Origin: Thermoanaerobaculia bacterium
Lineage (GTDB): Bacteria; Acidobacteriota; Thermoanaerobaculia; UBA5066
Assembly: GCA_963816185.1 (NCBI GenBank)
Contig: CAWFJJ010000030.1
Span: 320,001-384,000, forward strand
Direction: 5' to 3'
Length of the DNA stretch: 64,000 bases
The notes beneath the pieces are model-generated. The model was not told the DNA's origin and did not search any database. It saw only the letters and a list, made by a program, of their open reading frames with translations. Shown here piece after piece: positions 29,530 through 40,415 of the stretch (position 1 is its first letter; the number at the start of each line of letters is the position of its first letter). The position numbers were made by a program, and so were the translations under genes.

Positions 29530-31420
29530 TCACCACCCGATCCCGTAGTCCTCCCCGTGGTCGCTCGACCCGCCCCACATCGTGCCGTGCTCGCGGTCGA
29601 GGTAGATCGCGTTGATGGGGCCGGACGTCTTCGCGTGCGGCTCGAGCTTGTAGCCCATCTTCACGAGCTCGCCGCGCACCCAGGCGGGAAGCGAGGCAGG
29701 AATCATCATGGCGCCCGGGCGCGACTCGTGGGCGCCGAAGGAGCTCCTCATCTGGTAGCTGTTGATGTTTGCGGCCTCGGTGGCTTCCTGGACCGTCATC
29801 CCGAACTCCACGACGTTCAGGAAGAACTGGAGGAGGTTCTGGTCCTGCGAATCGCCGCCCTGGACCGAGAAGACAGAGATACGGCTTGCCGTCCTTGAGC
29901 GCGAGCGTCGGCGTGAGCGTGACGCGCGGGTGCTTGCCGGGCTCGAGCACGTTGAACGGGTTTTCCGCGGGGTCGAGGACGAAGCTCTGCATGCGCTGGC
30001 TCATGCCGATGCCGGTCTTCCCCGCGATGACCGCCGGGAGCCAGCCGCCCGACGGCGTGACGGAGACGACCCATCCCTCCGCGTCCGCCGCCTCGACCGA
30101 CGTCGTGCCGGCGTAGAAGGACTCGAAGAAGGAGATTCTTCGAAAGTGATGCGGCGCGCGCGAGCGCGACGGGCGCGTCGGCGGTGCCTGCGGCCGCGCG
30201 GCTTCGGCCGTCGTCCACCTTTCGAAGAAATCCGAAACGGGTTCTTTTCGCCCTGAAACGGATAGGGGTCCCCGGGCTTCACGTTCGGATCGTTCTTCGC
30301 CCAGTCGATCGCCGCCGCGCGCTGCTTCGCGTATTCCTTCGAGAGAAGTCCCTTCGTCGGCTCGGCGGGCGGGAAGTACGGGTCGCCGTAGTAGAAGTCG
30401 CGGTCCGCGAACGCGAGGTTCATCGCCTGGTAGAGCGCGTGGATGTAGCGCGCGCTGTTGTAGCCCATCGCCTTGAGGTCGATGCCCTCGAGGATGTTCA
30501 GGGCCTGGAGCATCGCGGGCCCCTGCGTCCAGACGTCGAGCTTGTAGACGTCGATGCCCTTGTACGTCGTCTTCACCGGCTCCTCGATGCGGACCTTCCA
30601 GTTCGCGAGGTCCTCGAGCGTGTGGAGGCCGCCGACCTCGCGCGAGCCGCGCACGAACTCCTGCGCGATGTCGCCCTTGTAGAAGCGGTCGTACGCCGCG
30701 AGGATCGCGTCCTTCCGGCTCTTCCCCGAGGCGAGCGCCTGCTTCTCCGCCTCGACGAGCTTGCGGAGCGTCGCGGCGAGATCCGGCTGCCGGAAGATCT
30801 CGCCCGCCTGCGGCGGCTGGTCGCCCGGACGCGGCAGGAGGACGCGCCTCGACTCGGGCCACTTCAGGAGCCAGTCGCGCTGCCTCTGCGCGGTCGAGAC
30901 GTGCTGCTGCTCGACCGGGTAGCCGTCCGCCATGTCGATCGCGGGCGCGAGGACGTCGGCGAGCGAGAGCGTTCCGTACTCGGCGAGCATCACCATGATT
31001 CCGCCCGGCGTTCCGGGCGTCACCGCGGCGAGCGGGCCGTACTCGGGCGGATACGCCATGCCCTTCGACCGGAAGAACTCCGGCGTCGCTCCGGTCGGCG
31101 CGACGCCGAGCGCGTTGATGCCGACGACCTTCCCGGTCTTCGGGTTGTAGATCGAGCGCCTGCGTCTCGCCGCCCCAGGACAGCGTGTCCCACATCGTGC
31201 AGGTGGCGGCGATCATCGCGGCCGCCGCGTCCACGGCGTTGCCGCCTTTCTGGAAGATCATCGCGCCCGCGGTCGCCGCGAGCGGCTTGCCGGTGATCGC
31301 GAGCCACTTCTTCGCGTGAAGAGGCGGCTTGTTCGTGGCCGCCCGGGAAAGCAGCCCGAGAGCGCCCGAGAGGGCGACAACGGCGAAACCGACTCGCAGA
31401 AACCGGCCGAACGCTGTCAT
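29530..31420 (-). CDS. ggt: Gamma-glutamyltransferase, split by at least three frameshifts
   Basis: GGNAVDAA, AVTPGTPGG, LAFADRDFYYGDP, GTTSVEAAD (nucleophile Thr), PGKHPRVTLTP across successive frames. Confidence 0.88.
30134..30232. repeat. Palindromic mini-element copy 3, in the GGT inter-subunit linker
   Basis: TTCTTCGAAAG (30136-30146) perfectly complementary to CTTTCGAAGAA (30219-30229), extendable with indels. Confidence 0.45.
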
Positions 31421-31525
31421 CGAAGCCTCCTCGCCGTTCGCGAGGAGATTATGGGAATGAGAATCAGAGACCGAAGAAAAATCTGCTCAGAAAACAAATC
31501 GGGCTGGCCGCCAACCCGAAGCTCA

Positions 31526-31999
31526 TTAGTGATGCACCTCCGCATGCTCCACGCGCGGCGCGACGGCGGACGCGGAGCCTGTCGGCTGCGAGACTTCCTT
31601 GACGACCTCTCCCGCTTTGTCGGCGATGCGGCGCGCGATGTCCGCCTGCGAGACGATCCCACAGCAGAATCCGTCCTGATCCACGACCACGAGGCGGCGG
31701 ACCCGGTTCTCCTCCATCGTTGTGCAGGCGACGTCCAGCCGGGTTCCCGGCGTGACCGTCACGCACGGGCTCGACATGCAATCGCCCGCGGTCATCTCGC
31801 GAGGGTCCTTCCCGGCGGCGAACACGCGGCAGACGATGTCGCGATCGGTGAGGATCCCGACCGGCTTCTTCGAGTTTTCGCTCTTCAGGACGGGAATCGC
31901 GCCACAGTCGTGATTGACGAGCATCTTCGCGATCTCTTCGAGGGTCGTCTCGGGAGTGGCGGTCACGACGTGTTCGGTCATGATGTCCTTGGTCTTCAT
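31526..31999 (-). CDS. CBS domain pair protein
   Basis: MKTKDIMT, GILTDRDIV, GIVSQADI; GGAGG RBS. Confidence 0.9.
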   Translation of the reverse strand: MKTKDIMTEHVVTATPETTLEEIAKMLVNHDCGAIPVLKSENSKKPVGILTDRDIVCRVFAAGKDPREMTAGDCMSSPCVTVTPGTRLDVACTTMEENRVRRLVVVDQDGFCCGIVSQADIARRIADKAGEVVKEVSQPTGSASAVAPRVEHAEVHH

Positions 32000-32106
32000 G
32001 AAAAAACCTCCACGGGGCTGGCAGACTTCCCCCGTGAAGGCTTTTCGCAGCAAGGAGCAGGCCACGCGCGACGGATCGCGGCGCTTCGCCCGCCAGCCCG
32101 GATTCG

Positions 32107-32866
32107 TCAGAATCCCTTGACGGTCGCGGCCTTCTTGTACATCCAGTACGTGAAGGCCCAGCCGAGAAGGACGACGACGGGCAGCGCCCATTCGTAGCTC
32201 GCGGCCCACGTCGCGTGCTGGGAGAGCATCAGGAAGATCAGGGGCACCGACATGTACGTGTTGTGCTTGCTCCTGAGGCCCGCCATCGCGACAAGGGCCG
32301 GGTCCGGCTTCTCGCCGTTCTTCGTGGCCGTGATGATCTTCTTCTGAGCGGGCCAGATCCGCATCCAGACGTTCGCCGCCATGATCGTCCCGAACATCGC
32401 GCCGAGGTGGATCGCGGTGCCGCGGAATCCGAACCCGCCGACGTGCGAGAAGAAGAGAACGGCGGCCGTCGCGACGACGAGGCCGAGCCAGAAGTGGACC
32501 TCGGTCTTCGCGATCGCCTTCGCGAGCGGATCGTAGACGGCGAAGAAGAGGAGGGCGACGAGGACGGCGATGCCGCCCGTTCCCCACGTCTTCACCGTCG
32601 GGTCTTTGAACACGAGGCCGGTGTTGTAGTAGACGAGGCCGAGAAGCACGAGGCCCGTGATCCACGTCCAGGCCGCGCCCCAGCGGAACGCCCAGAGCGC
32701 GCGGGGCATCAGCTCGGGAATGACTTTTTTCTTCGTGTCCGCGTCCATCGTGGGCGCGAAGTTGCGAGTTCACGAAATTGAAGAACCACAGAAGGCCGAT
32801 CCACAGAACACCCGCGACGACGTGCCCCCACCGGAACAACGACTCGAAAAGGTTCATGCCGTCCAT
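32107..32866 (-). CDS. Urate hydroxylase PuuD-like membrane protein, one frameshift near 32765
   Basis: RWGHVVAGVLWIGLLWFFNFV, FRWGAAWTWITG, GTIMAANVWMRIWPAQKKI, RSKHNTYMSVP. Confidence 0.75.
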
Positions 32867-32895
32867 GACGTCCTCCTTTTGTTTGAGACCGGATC

Positions 32896-33995
32896 TTAGC
32901 AACGCCGGGAGATCGTGCGACGCGCTTGACGGAGAAGGAGCGCACCCCAGACGACGAGGGAGAGCCACACGGCGTTCCACGGCGGCGAATCGGGAGCGCC
33001 TGGAGATTGTTCGGCCCGGTCAGGAGAAAAGCGTACGCGACGCGGAGAGATCGAGTAGCCGGCCGACGCATGGACCGCCCCCCAGAGCGCCGGCACGATG
33101 AAGTACGCCTCACCCGAGCCCGGGATCAGGGTCATGAGCGCGACGGCCGAAAGCTCCATCGCCCGCGTGAGGCCGAGCCGGAGCGGGCCGCTCGCGGTAC
33201 GGGCAGCGCCACGAGGACGGCGACGAAGAGGACGGACGTGACGCTTCGCGGCAGGACCGTCGTCAGGCCGTACGGACGCGGAATTCCGGAATAGCGCAGC
33301 ACGTTTCTCAAGATCCCCTCGGCGCCGCCCGAGAGCCAGGGAAGAAGCTGGGCCTCAAAAACGGCGAGCGAGCCCGCCATGAGGAAGGCCGCTCTCTTGA
33401 CGCCGCCCGCCGCGTATACGAGGAGCATCCACACGGAGAAGAGGCAAAGGTGTTTGATGCAGAGGGCGAGCGTCGCGAGCGCCCACACGGACCCGAGCCG
33501 GGGCGCACCCCGCGCGCGAAGCGTCAGGAGAGCCGCGAAGAGGAGCGGAAGGGCGGCGAGGTTGTCGAACTGGCCGTGATGGCCGACGACGAGGATCGCG
33601 ACGGGGCTCAAGGCGTACACGAGCGCCCCCGCGCCTGCGCTCCTCACCCCGGCCTCGCGGGCGAGCAGCCCGACGAGGACCGCGTTCCGACGTCCGCGAG
33701 CGCCAGGAAGCCGCGCACGACGAAGTGGAGCGGCCACCCGGCGGCGGCGGAGAGTCCGCGCAAGAGCGCGAGAATCAGGAACCAGAGCGGCCCGTAGTTG
33801 TAACGGGAGGTTTCGGCGTAGACGTTTCCGCCGCGGGCGGCGATCTCCGAGACGATTCCCCAGCTCGTCTGGTCGTAGTTCCCGTACAGGCCCCAGGCGA
33901 GCCACAGCCGGAGCGCGAGGCCGGCGAGGATTCCCGCCCCGACCAGGACCGCGGGGGGAGGGGCGAGGCCACGGCCCTCCCCCGGCTTCCGTCAC
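32896..33995 (-). CDS. GT-C fold membrane glycosyltransferase-like protein, multiple frameshifts
   Basis: Fragments GNYD...[37 protein letters not shown] across frames. Confidence 0.6.
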
Positions 33996-35064
33996 GCCCC
34001 GACAGCCTTCGCGACTTGCTCGGCGAGCCTGAGAAACGCCTTCGACACGGTCGACTCCGGCTCGGCCACCATGATCGGCGTGCCCGCGTCGCCCCCGGCG
34101 ACGACCCGGGGGTCGATCGGGATCTCGCCGAGGAACGGAACGCTCGAGCGCCTCGGCCGTCCGCCGCCCGCCCCCGTGCTTGAAGATCTCGTCGCGGTGG
34201 CCGCACTTCGGGCACACGTAGTAGCTCATGTTCTCGATGATGCCGAGCACGGGCACGTTCACCTTCTGGAACATCGCCAGCCCCTTGCGCGCGTCGATGA
34301 GCGAGACGTCCTGCGGCGTCGTGACGATGACGGCGCCCGAGAGCTGCGATCTTCTGCGTGAGCGTCAGCTGCGCGTCGCCGGTGCCGGGAGGCAGGTCGA
34401 CGAGCGAGGAAGTCCAGCTTTCCCCAGGCGACGTCCTGCAGAAACTGCTCGACGGCCTTCATGACCATCGGGCCGCGCCAGATCACCGGCTGGTCGACGT
34501 CCATCAGGAAGCCGAGCGACATGACCCTCACGCCGTAGCGCTCGATCGGGACGATCTTGTCCTCCTCGTTCACGAACGGCTTCTCGTGATCCCCATCATC
34601 ATCTGCTGCGACGGGCCGTAGATGTCCGAGTCCATGAGACCGACCTCGTAGCCGAGCTTGCTGAGCGCGAGCGCGAGGTTCGCGGTGACCGTCGATTTGC
34701 CGACGCCGCCCTTGCCCGAGGCGACCGCGACCTTGAACCGGACGTCCTTGAGGATCTCGCCGGCGGGCGGCGCGCGGCCGGGCCTCGCCGGCGCGCTGGG
34801 GCGGCGCGGCCTGCACGTCGAGCTGATCGTGACGGACGTGGACGCCCGGCGAGCGAGCGCAGCTTCTCGGTCGCGTCGCGCTGGATCTCTTCGGCGGCCG
34901 CGCGGCGATTCCGTCATGATCTCGAGACGGAACGAGACGTTGCCGCCGCCGACCTCGAGGTCCTTGACGAAGCCGAACGAGACGATGTCGCGCGAGAAGC
35001 CGGGGTACTTGACCTGCCGGAGCGCGTCGAGGACGGTCTGTTCGTTGAGCGTGGTCGTAGACAA
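33992..35064 (-). CDS. mrp: Mrp/ApbC (NBP35) Fe-S cluster carrier ATPase, multiple frameshifts
   Basis: [60 protein letters not shown]. Confidence 0.88.
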
Positions 35065-35132
35065 TCTTGCTTCCCTCTCGAAGAGACAGGATCTCACAAA
35101 CCTGCTGCGCCTCGGCGCACCGTCGGGGCGCT

Positions 35133-35219
35133 TTTCTTAGAAGGGCGAATGCGGGCACGGCGACCGGAAGCGCTGAGGCGGCACCCAGAGCAACAGCGTC
35201 ACTAACCCCTTCTAAGAAA
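35133..35219. repeat. Palindromic mini-element copy 4 (intergenic, perfect 13-bp arms)
   Basis: TTTCTTAGAAGGG (35133-35145) / CCCTTCTAAGAAA (35207-35219). Confidence 0.65.
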
Positions 35220-35236
35220 TCCTCGGTCCCTTCTTC

Positions 35237-36715
35237 TCAGGGCTTGATGAAGAGCATCCAGGGGACGCCGATCGCGAGGAGCGCCACGAGGTAGATGAGC
35301 CCGAAGATCGCACCGAGCCGCCAGAAGTCCTTCCGCGCCACGAATCCGCTTCCGAAGTAGACCGGAGACGGGCCGGTCGCATACGGGGTCAGGATGCCCA
35401 TGATCCCGAGCGAGTAGCACAGGAGCAGCGCGAAGAGACGCGGGTCGACGCCCGGAACCGCGATCCCCGCGGCCAAAAGGACGGGCAGGACCGCGGTCAC
35501 GTGCGCCGTGATGCTCGCGAACATGTAGTGGATGACGAAGAAGAGCACCGTCAGGAGGACCATGACGGCGAGGGGCGAGAAGCCTGCGAGAGGAGCGGCC
35601 GCCTTCTTCGCGAACCACGTGATGAACCCCACGCGGTTCAGGCCGTCCGCGAGCGCGACGAGGGTCGCGAACCACACGAGGACGTTCCACGCGGACTTGT
35701 TGGCGAGCACGTCGTCCCACGTGACGACGCCCAGGACGACCATGAGCGCGATCGCGGCGAGCGCCACGGTTGTCGCGTCGATGAACTTGCCGCCGAAGAT
35801 CCAGAGGGCGAGCGCGCCGACGGCGAGAAGCCCCATCACGACCTGGTTGCGAGAGACGCGGCCCATCGTCCCGAGCTCGCGCCCGGCCCAGGCCGGGACC
35901 TCCGCGCTTTCCTTCACCTCGGGCGGATAGATCTTCGAAACGAGCCAGGGCACGAGGAGGACGAGGAGAACGCCGACGGGAAGGAAGCCGATGAGCCAGG
36001 CAGACCACGAGATGTCGACGTGCGCCGTCTTCCTCACGATGTCGAGCGCGAGGAGGTTCGGCGCGAGTCCGGTCAGGAAAAGCGAGCTCGTGACGCACGT
36101 CGTCGCGAGCGCCGTCCACATGAGCGGCCCGCCGAGGCGCCGCGACGTCTCGCCGGGCTCCGAGCCGTAGAGCCCCGGAATGTTCCGGATGACCGGGAAG
36201 ATCGTCCCGCCCGAGCGCGCCGTGTTCGAGGGCGTGAACGGCGCGAGCATGACATCGGACAGCGCGACGGCGTAGCTCAGGCCGAGGGAGCGCCGCCCCA
36301 TCTTCTTCACGAGAGAGAGCGCGAGCCGCCGGCCGAGGCCGGACTTCTCGTAGCCGAGCGCGAACATGAACGCTCCGAAGATCAGCCAGACGGTCGAGTT
36401 CGAGAAGCCGGAGAGCGCCCACTTCAGAGAGTCGGCGGGCTTCGCCTCGACGAGGGAGAGCACCGCCGCGAGCGCGACGCCCGTCACGCCCACCGCGGCC
36501 GCCGGGATCGGCTCGAGCACGAGCCCGACCACGACCGCGCAGAAGAGGGCGAAGAAGTACCACGCCGCCGGCTTCAGGCCGGCCGGGACGGGGAGCACGG
36601 CGACGATCGCTCCGAACAGGACGGCCAGAAGGCCCTTCCAGAGCGCCGGGTGCGCGTGAAAGTCGATGTGGAGGAACGAGGGCGGAGCTTTGACGGCTTG
36701 TGCATGCGCTTTCAT
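35237..36715 (-). CDS. DASS family anion transporter (CitT/TtdT-like)
   Basis: WALSGFSN, PSNTARSGG, HYMFASITAH, TPYATGPSPVYFGSG. Confidence 0.93.
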   Translation of the reverse strand: MKAHAQAVKAPPSFLHIDFHAHPALWKGLLAVLFGAIVAVLPVPAGLKPAAWYFFALFCAVVVGLVLEPIPAAAVGVTGVALAAVLSLVEAKPADSLKWALSGFSNSTVWLIFGAFMFALGYEKSGLGRRLALSLVKKMGRRSLGLSYAVALSDVMLAPFTPSNTARSGGTIFPVIRNIPGLYGSEPGETSRRLGGPLMWTALATTCVTSSLFLTGLAPNLLALDIVRKTAHVDISWSAWLIGFLPVGVLLVLLVPWLVSKIYPPEVKESAEVPAWAGRELGTMGRVSRNQVVMGLLAVGALALWIFGGKFIDATTVALAAIALMVVLGVVTWDDVLANKSAWNVLVWFATLVALADGLNRVGFITWFAKKAAAPLAGFSPLAVMVLLTVLFFVIHYMFASITAHVTAVLPVLLAAGIAVPGVDPRLFALLLCYSLGIMGILTPYATGPSPVYFGSGFVARKDFWRLGAIFGLIYLVALLAIGVPWMLFIKP

Positions 36716-36820
36716 CGGAATCTCCCCTTTTCATGTTCGTGCCCGGCGGCCCGCCATGCCTTGATGCAAGTGACTCAATGGCACAAGCTGGGGAGCGGTC
36801 CTCAAAGGGCGTGAATCCCG

Positions 36821-37537
36821 TCAGGCGCGGAGCGCGACGATCTCGCGCCGGACGCTCTCCATCAGGTCCCGGCGCGCATGCACGGAGAGCCCGGCGGTCG
36901 GGATCGGATGCCCTGCGCGCACCCGGACGGGGCCGCGCCGCACGATCATTCCCTGCGCTCCGAGGACGGCACGGGCTCCGGAGACCCCCACAGGCACGAT
37001 CGGCACGCCGGACCTCAGCGCGGTCAGGAAACCGGACTTCTTGAAGGGGCCGAGGCTGCCGTCGCGGGACCGCGTGCCCTCGGGGAAGACCAGGATGGAC
37101 TTGCCCGTCGCGAGGCGGAGGTCGAGCTCCGAAAGGACGTCCCGTGCCTTGTCGGTCCGCCTTCGGTCCACGGGCACGAAGCCGGCCAGCCACATCGACC
37201 AGCCCATGAACGGCACCCAGAAAAGCGACCGTTTCGCGAGAAAGCGCACGTCCTGAGGGATCACGAGGAGCAGGAGAAGAATGTCGATTCCCGATTCATG
37301 GTTCGACATGTAGATCGCCTGAGGCAGCGCCGCCGCCTCCCCCGAGACCTCGATCGTCGCGGGAACCCCGGTCAGGAACAGGATTGCCCGTGCCCAGGCA
37401 CGCGCCCAGAAAAGATAGGTCCGTCCCCGGGGCGGGATCCAGGCCGTCAGGATCGCCAGAGATCCGAACACGGCCGTCGAAAGCGCGATCGCGAGCCAGC
37501 TCCAGAGGGACACGCCGAGGTCTCTGAGGAGCTGCAT
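36821..37537 (-). CDS. plsC: 1-acyl-sn-glycerol-3-phosphate acyltransferase
   Basis: NHESGID, FLAK, FPEGTRS, PFKKSGF, VPV. Confidence 0.88.
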   Translation of the reverse strand: MQLLRDLGVSLWSWLAIALSTAVFGSLAILTAWIPPRGRTYLFWARAWARAILFLTGVPATIEVSGEAAALPQAIYMSNHESGIDILLLLLVIPQDVRFLAKRSLFWVPFMGWSMWLAGFVPVDRRRTDKARDVLSELDLRLATGKSILVFPEGTRSRDGSLGPFKKSGFLTALRSGVPIVPVGVSGARAVLGAQGMIVRRGPVRVRAGHPIPTAGLSVHARRDLMESVRREIVALRA

Positions 37538-37582
37538 GCCGAGAGAGTCTAGCGATCCTGGGCGGGCCCGTAGAATGGGCTC

Positions 37583-38419
37583 GTGGCCCAGTTCGACTCC
37601 ACCACGCAGTACGTCGCGATTCTGAGGCAGCCGCTCTGGAAGATGGCGCGCGTGCGCCGGTGGATCCAGAACGTGTCGTTTCACCTCGGAGGCGTCGCGG
37701 TCATGACGGTCCAGCTCGCCCGCGAGGCCCGGGGCCGTTGGGAGACGTCCGAGATCGTCCGTCAGATGGACGCGCTCGGCGTCCAGTCGATCTCCATCAC
37801 GAACCTGACGGCGCTCTTCACCGGCATGGTCCTCGCTCTCCAGACGTCGTACGCGCTCGCGCAGTTCGGCGGGAAGCTCTTCGTCGGCCGTGTCGTCGTC
37901 CTGTCGATCTGCCGCGAGCTGGGGCCGACGCTCACCGCTCTCATGGTCGCGGCACGCGTCGGCGCGGGAATCACGGCGGAGCTCGGCACGATGTCGGTCA
38001 CCGAGCAGGTGGACGCCATGCGGGCGCTCGGCGCTTCGCCGATCCGGAAGCTCGTTCTGCCGCGCGTGGTGGCCGTGACGCTCATGCTGCCGGTCCTCAC
38101 GCTTCTCGCCGACTTTCTCGGAATGGTGGGCGGCCTGTTCATCGCGGTCGTGGAGGTGAAGATCGGGGCCTCGTTCTACCTCTCGACGGTCCAGCAGTCC
38201 GTACACCTCAACGACGTGATGCACGGTCTCTGCAAGACCCCGTTCTTCGGATTCGAAATCGCGATGATCGGCTGCTACAACGGCTTGAACGCGTCGGGCG
38301 GAGCGGACGGGGTCGGGCGCGCCACGACGATCGCCGTCGTCGTCGCGTCGATCGTGGTCCTCATGTCCGATTTCTTCCTCACGAAGCTCTTCCTCGTGCT
38401 GCCGCTGGGGCTGAAGTGA
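37583..38419 (+). CDS. mlaE: MlaE family ABC permease
   Basis: RELGPTLTALMVAARVGAGITAELGTM, EQVDAM, GADGVGRATT. Confidence 0.92.
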   Translation: MAQFDSTTQYVAILRQPLWKMARVRRWIQNVSFHLGGVAVMTVQLAREARGRWETSEIVRQMDALGVQSISITNLTALFTGMVLALQTSYALAQFGGKLFVGRVVVLSICRELGPTLTALMVAARVGAGITAELGTMSVTEQVDAMRALGASPIRKLVLPRVVAVTLMLPVLTLLADFLGMVGGLFIAVVEVKIGASFYLSTVQQSVHLNDVMHGLCKTPFFGFEIAMIGCYNGLNASGGADGVGRATTIAVVVASIVVLMSDFFLTKLFLVLPLGLK

Positions 38420-39243
38420 CGATCAGCGAGACCGCGGTCGCGAGGTTCGCGCAGGCCGACCGGCCCGACGCCGGGCCGATCATCGAATTCAAGCGCGTTC
38501 TCAAGACGTACAGCTCGCACCGCGTTCTCGACGAAGTCGATCTCACCGTCCAGCGCGGAGAGGTCCTCGTGATCCTGGGGGGTTCCGGGACCGGGAAATC
38601 CGTCTCGCTCCGGCACATGAACGGCCTCGAGCAGCCCGATTCGGGAGAGGTCTGGGTGGACGGCGTGGAGATCTCGCGGCTCCCCGAGGAGAAGCTCGTC
38701 GCAGTGCGCAAGAAGGTCGGCATGCTCTTCCAGGGCGGTGCGCTGTTCGACTCGATGACGGTCTTCGAGAACATCGCGTTCGCGCTGCGCGAGCACACGC
38801 GCTGGACGGAGGAGCAGATCACATCCCGCGTCGGGGAGGTGCTGGGGTTCGTGAACCTCGGGCGCGACGTGGAACGGTTTCTTCCGTCCTCGCTCTCGGG
38901 GGGGATGAAAAAGCGCGTCTCGCTCGCCCGCACCATCGCACTCAAACCCGAAATCCTCCTCTACGACGAGCCCACGACCGGGCTCGACCCCGTGACGTCG
39001 ATGACGATCAACCGCCTCATCGTCGACCTGAACGAGCGCCTCGCGACGACGTCCGTCGTCGTGACTCACGACATCGTCTCGACGCTTTTCGTGGCCGACC
39101 GCATCGCGTTCCTGAGAAACGGCCGTTTCGACTTCATCGGGACGCCGGAGGAAGCGCGTGCCTCGGAGATCCCCGACCTGCACGCCTTCCTCGTCGCCGG
39201 GAAATCGCCGGAAACGAGCGCGCCGAAGGGGGGGCCGCCTTGA
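38416..39243 (+). CDS. mlaF: MlaF family ABC ATPase
   Basis: GGSGTGKS, FQGGALFDSMTV, LSGGMKKR, YDEPTTGLDP. Confidence 0.92.
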   Translation: MTISETAVARFAQADRPDAGPIIEFKRVLKTYSSHRVLDEVDLTVQRGEVLVILGGSGTGKSVSLRHMNGLEQPDSGEVWVDGVEISRLPEEKLVAVRKKVGMLFQGGALFDSMTVFENIAFALREHTRWTEEQITSRVGEVLGFVNLGRDVERFLPSSLSGGMKKRVSLARTIALKPEILLYDEPTTGLDPVTSMTINRLIVDLNERLATTSVVVTHDIVSTLFVADRIAFLRNGRFDFIGTPEEARASEIPDLHAFLVAGKSPETSAPKGGPP

Positions 39244-40415
39244 GAGCCGACATCAGGACCAAGACACGCGTCGGGGTCATCCTCTTCGCCGCCTTCGTGC
39301 TGCTCGCGGGAGCCATCCTCTTCATCGGAGGCACGAAGGGGTTCTTCGTGAGCCGCACGTCCTACTTCGCCCGCTTCCCGAACACGCAGGGCATCGTGGC
39401 CGGAAACCAGGTGCGCCTCGCGGGTGTGATCGTGGGTGCCGTGCGCGGCATCGAGGTGCCCCGCGTGCCCGGCCAGGACGTCACGATTCACTTCGACATC
39501 GAACGCAAGTACCAGCATCTCGTCAAGACCGACAGCCGCGCCGAGATCAAGACGATCGGGCTCCTCGGCGACAAGTACCTCGACGTGACGCCGGGCTCCG
39601 CCGACAAGCCCGACCTCCAGCCCGACCACGAGATCATCGCGTTCCGCGGGGCCGAGCTCGAGAAGATCCTCGCCGGCTCGGGAGACCTCGTCGACAACGT
39701 GGTCGCGATCTCGAAGTCGCTCAAGAACATCCTGGGCCGCACCGAGAAGGGCGAGGGCTTCCTCGGGGAGATCACCTCGGAGTCGGAGAACGGCGAGGCT
39801 CTCTCGCGCTCTCTTCGCCAGACTCTCGACAGCCTGAACGGCCTGATGGCGGACGTGCGTCACGGCAAGGGCCTCGTCGGGCGACTCCTGAACGACGAGA
39901 AGACGGCCGACACCGTCCTCGGCGAGCTCGGCTCGGCGTCGGCTTCGCTCCACCGGATCCTCGCGAGCGTCGAGAAGGGAACGGAAACGGGCGAGGGCCT
40001 CGTGCCCGCGCTCCTTTCCGACCCCGAGGGGAAGAGGAAGTTCTTCGCCATGGTCGATTCGCTCCAGGTCACCGCAGAAGGTCTCGCGTCCTTCTCGAAA
40101 GACCTCAAGGCGGGGAACGGCCTCCTCGGCCAGCTCGTCTCCGACGGCGAGTTCTCGAAGGAGTTTCTCGCCGACCTCAAGAACCTCTCGTCCCACCTCG
40201 CGAACGTGGCCGCGAAGCTCGACTCCACGCAGGGGACGGCCGGAAAGCTCATCGCGGATCCGGCCGTCGCGAACGCGATCGACGACATCCTCGTGGGGAT
40301 CAACCGGAGCAAGCTGCTGCGCTGGCTCGTCCGCGACCGGCAGAAATCCGGCATTCGGAAGCGGTACGACGAAGCGCAGAAGCACCTCGCGGCTACGCCC
40401 CAGCCAACCCCGTGA
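39240..40415 (+). CDS. mlaD: MlaD/MCE domain protein with long helical extension
   Basis: N-terminal TM, VRLAGVIVG, TIGLLGDKYL, repeated GxGLxGxL helical segments. Confidence 0.9.
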   Translation: MRADIRTKTRVGVILFAAFVLLAGAILFIGGTKGFFVSRTSYFARFPNTQGIVAGNQVRLAGVIVGAVRGIEVPRVPGQDVTIHFDIERKYQHLVKTDSRAEIKTIGLLGDKYLDVTPGSADKPDLQPDHEIIAFRGAELEKILAGSGDLVDNVVAISKSLKNILGRTEKGEGFLGEITSESENGEALSRSLRQTLDSLNGLMADVRHGKGLVGRLLNDEKTADTVLGELGSASASLHRILASVEKGTETGEGLVPALLSDPEGKRKFFAMVDSLQVTAEGLASFSKDLKAGNGLLGQLVSDGEFSKEFLADLKNLSSHLANVAAKLDSTQGTAGKLIADPAVANAIDDILVGINRSKLLRWLVRDRQKSGIRKRYDEAQKHLAATPQPTP

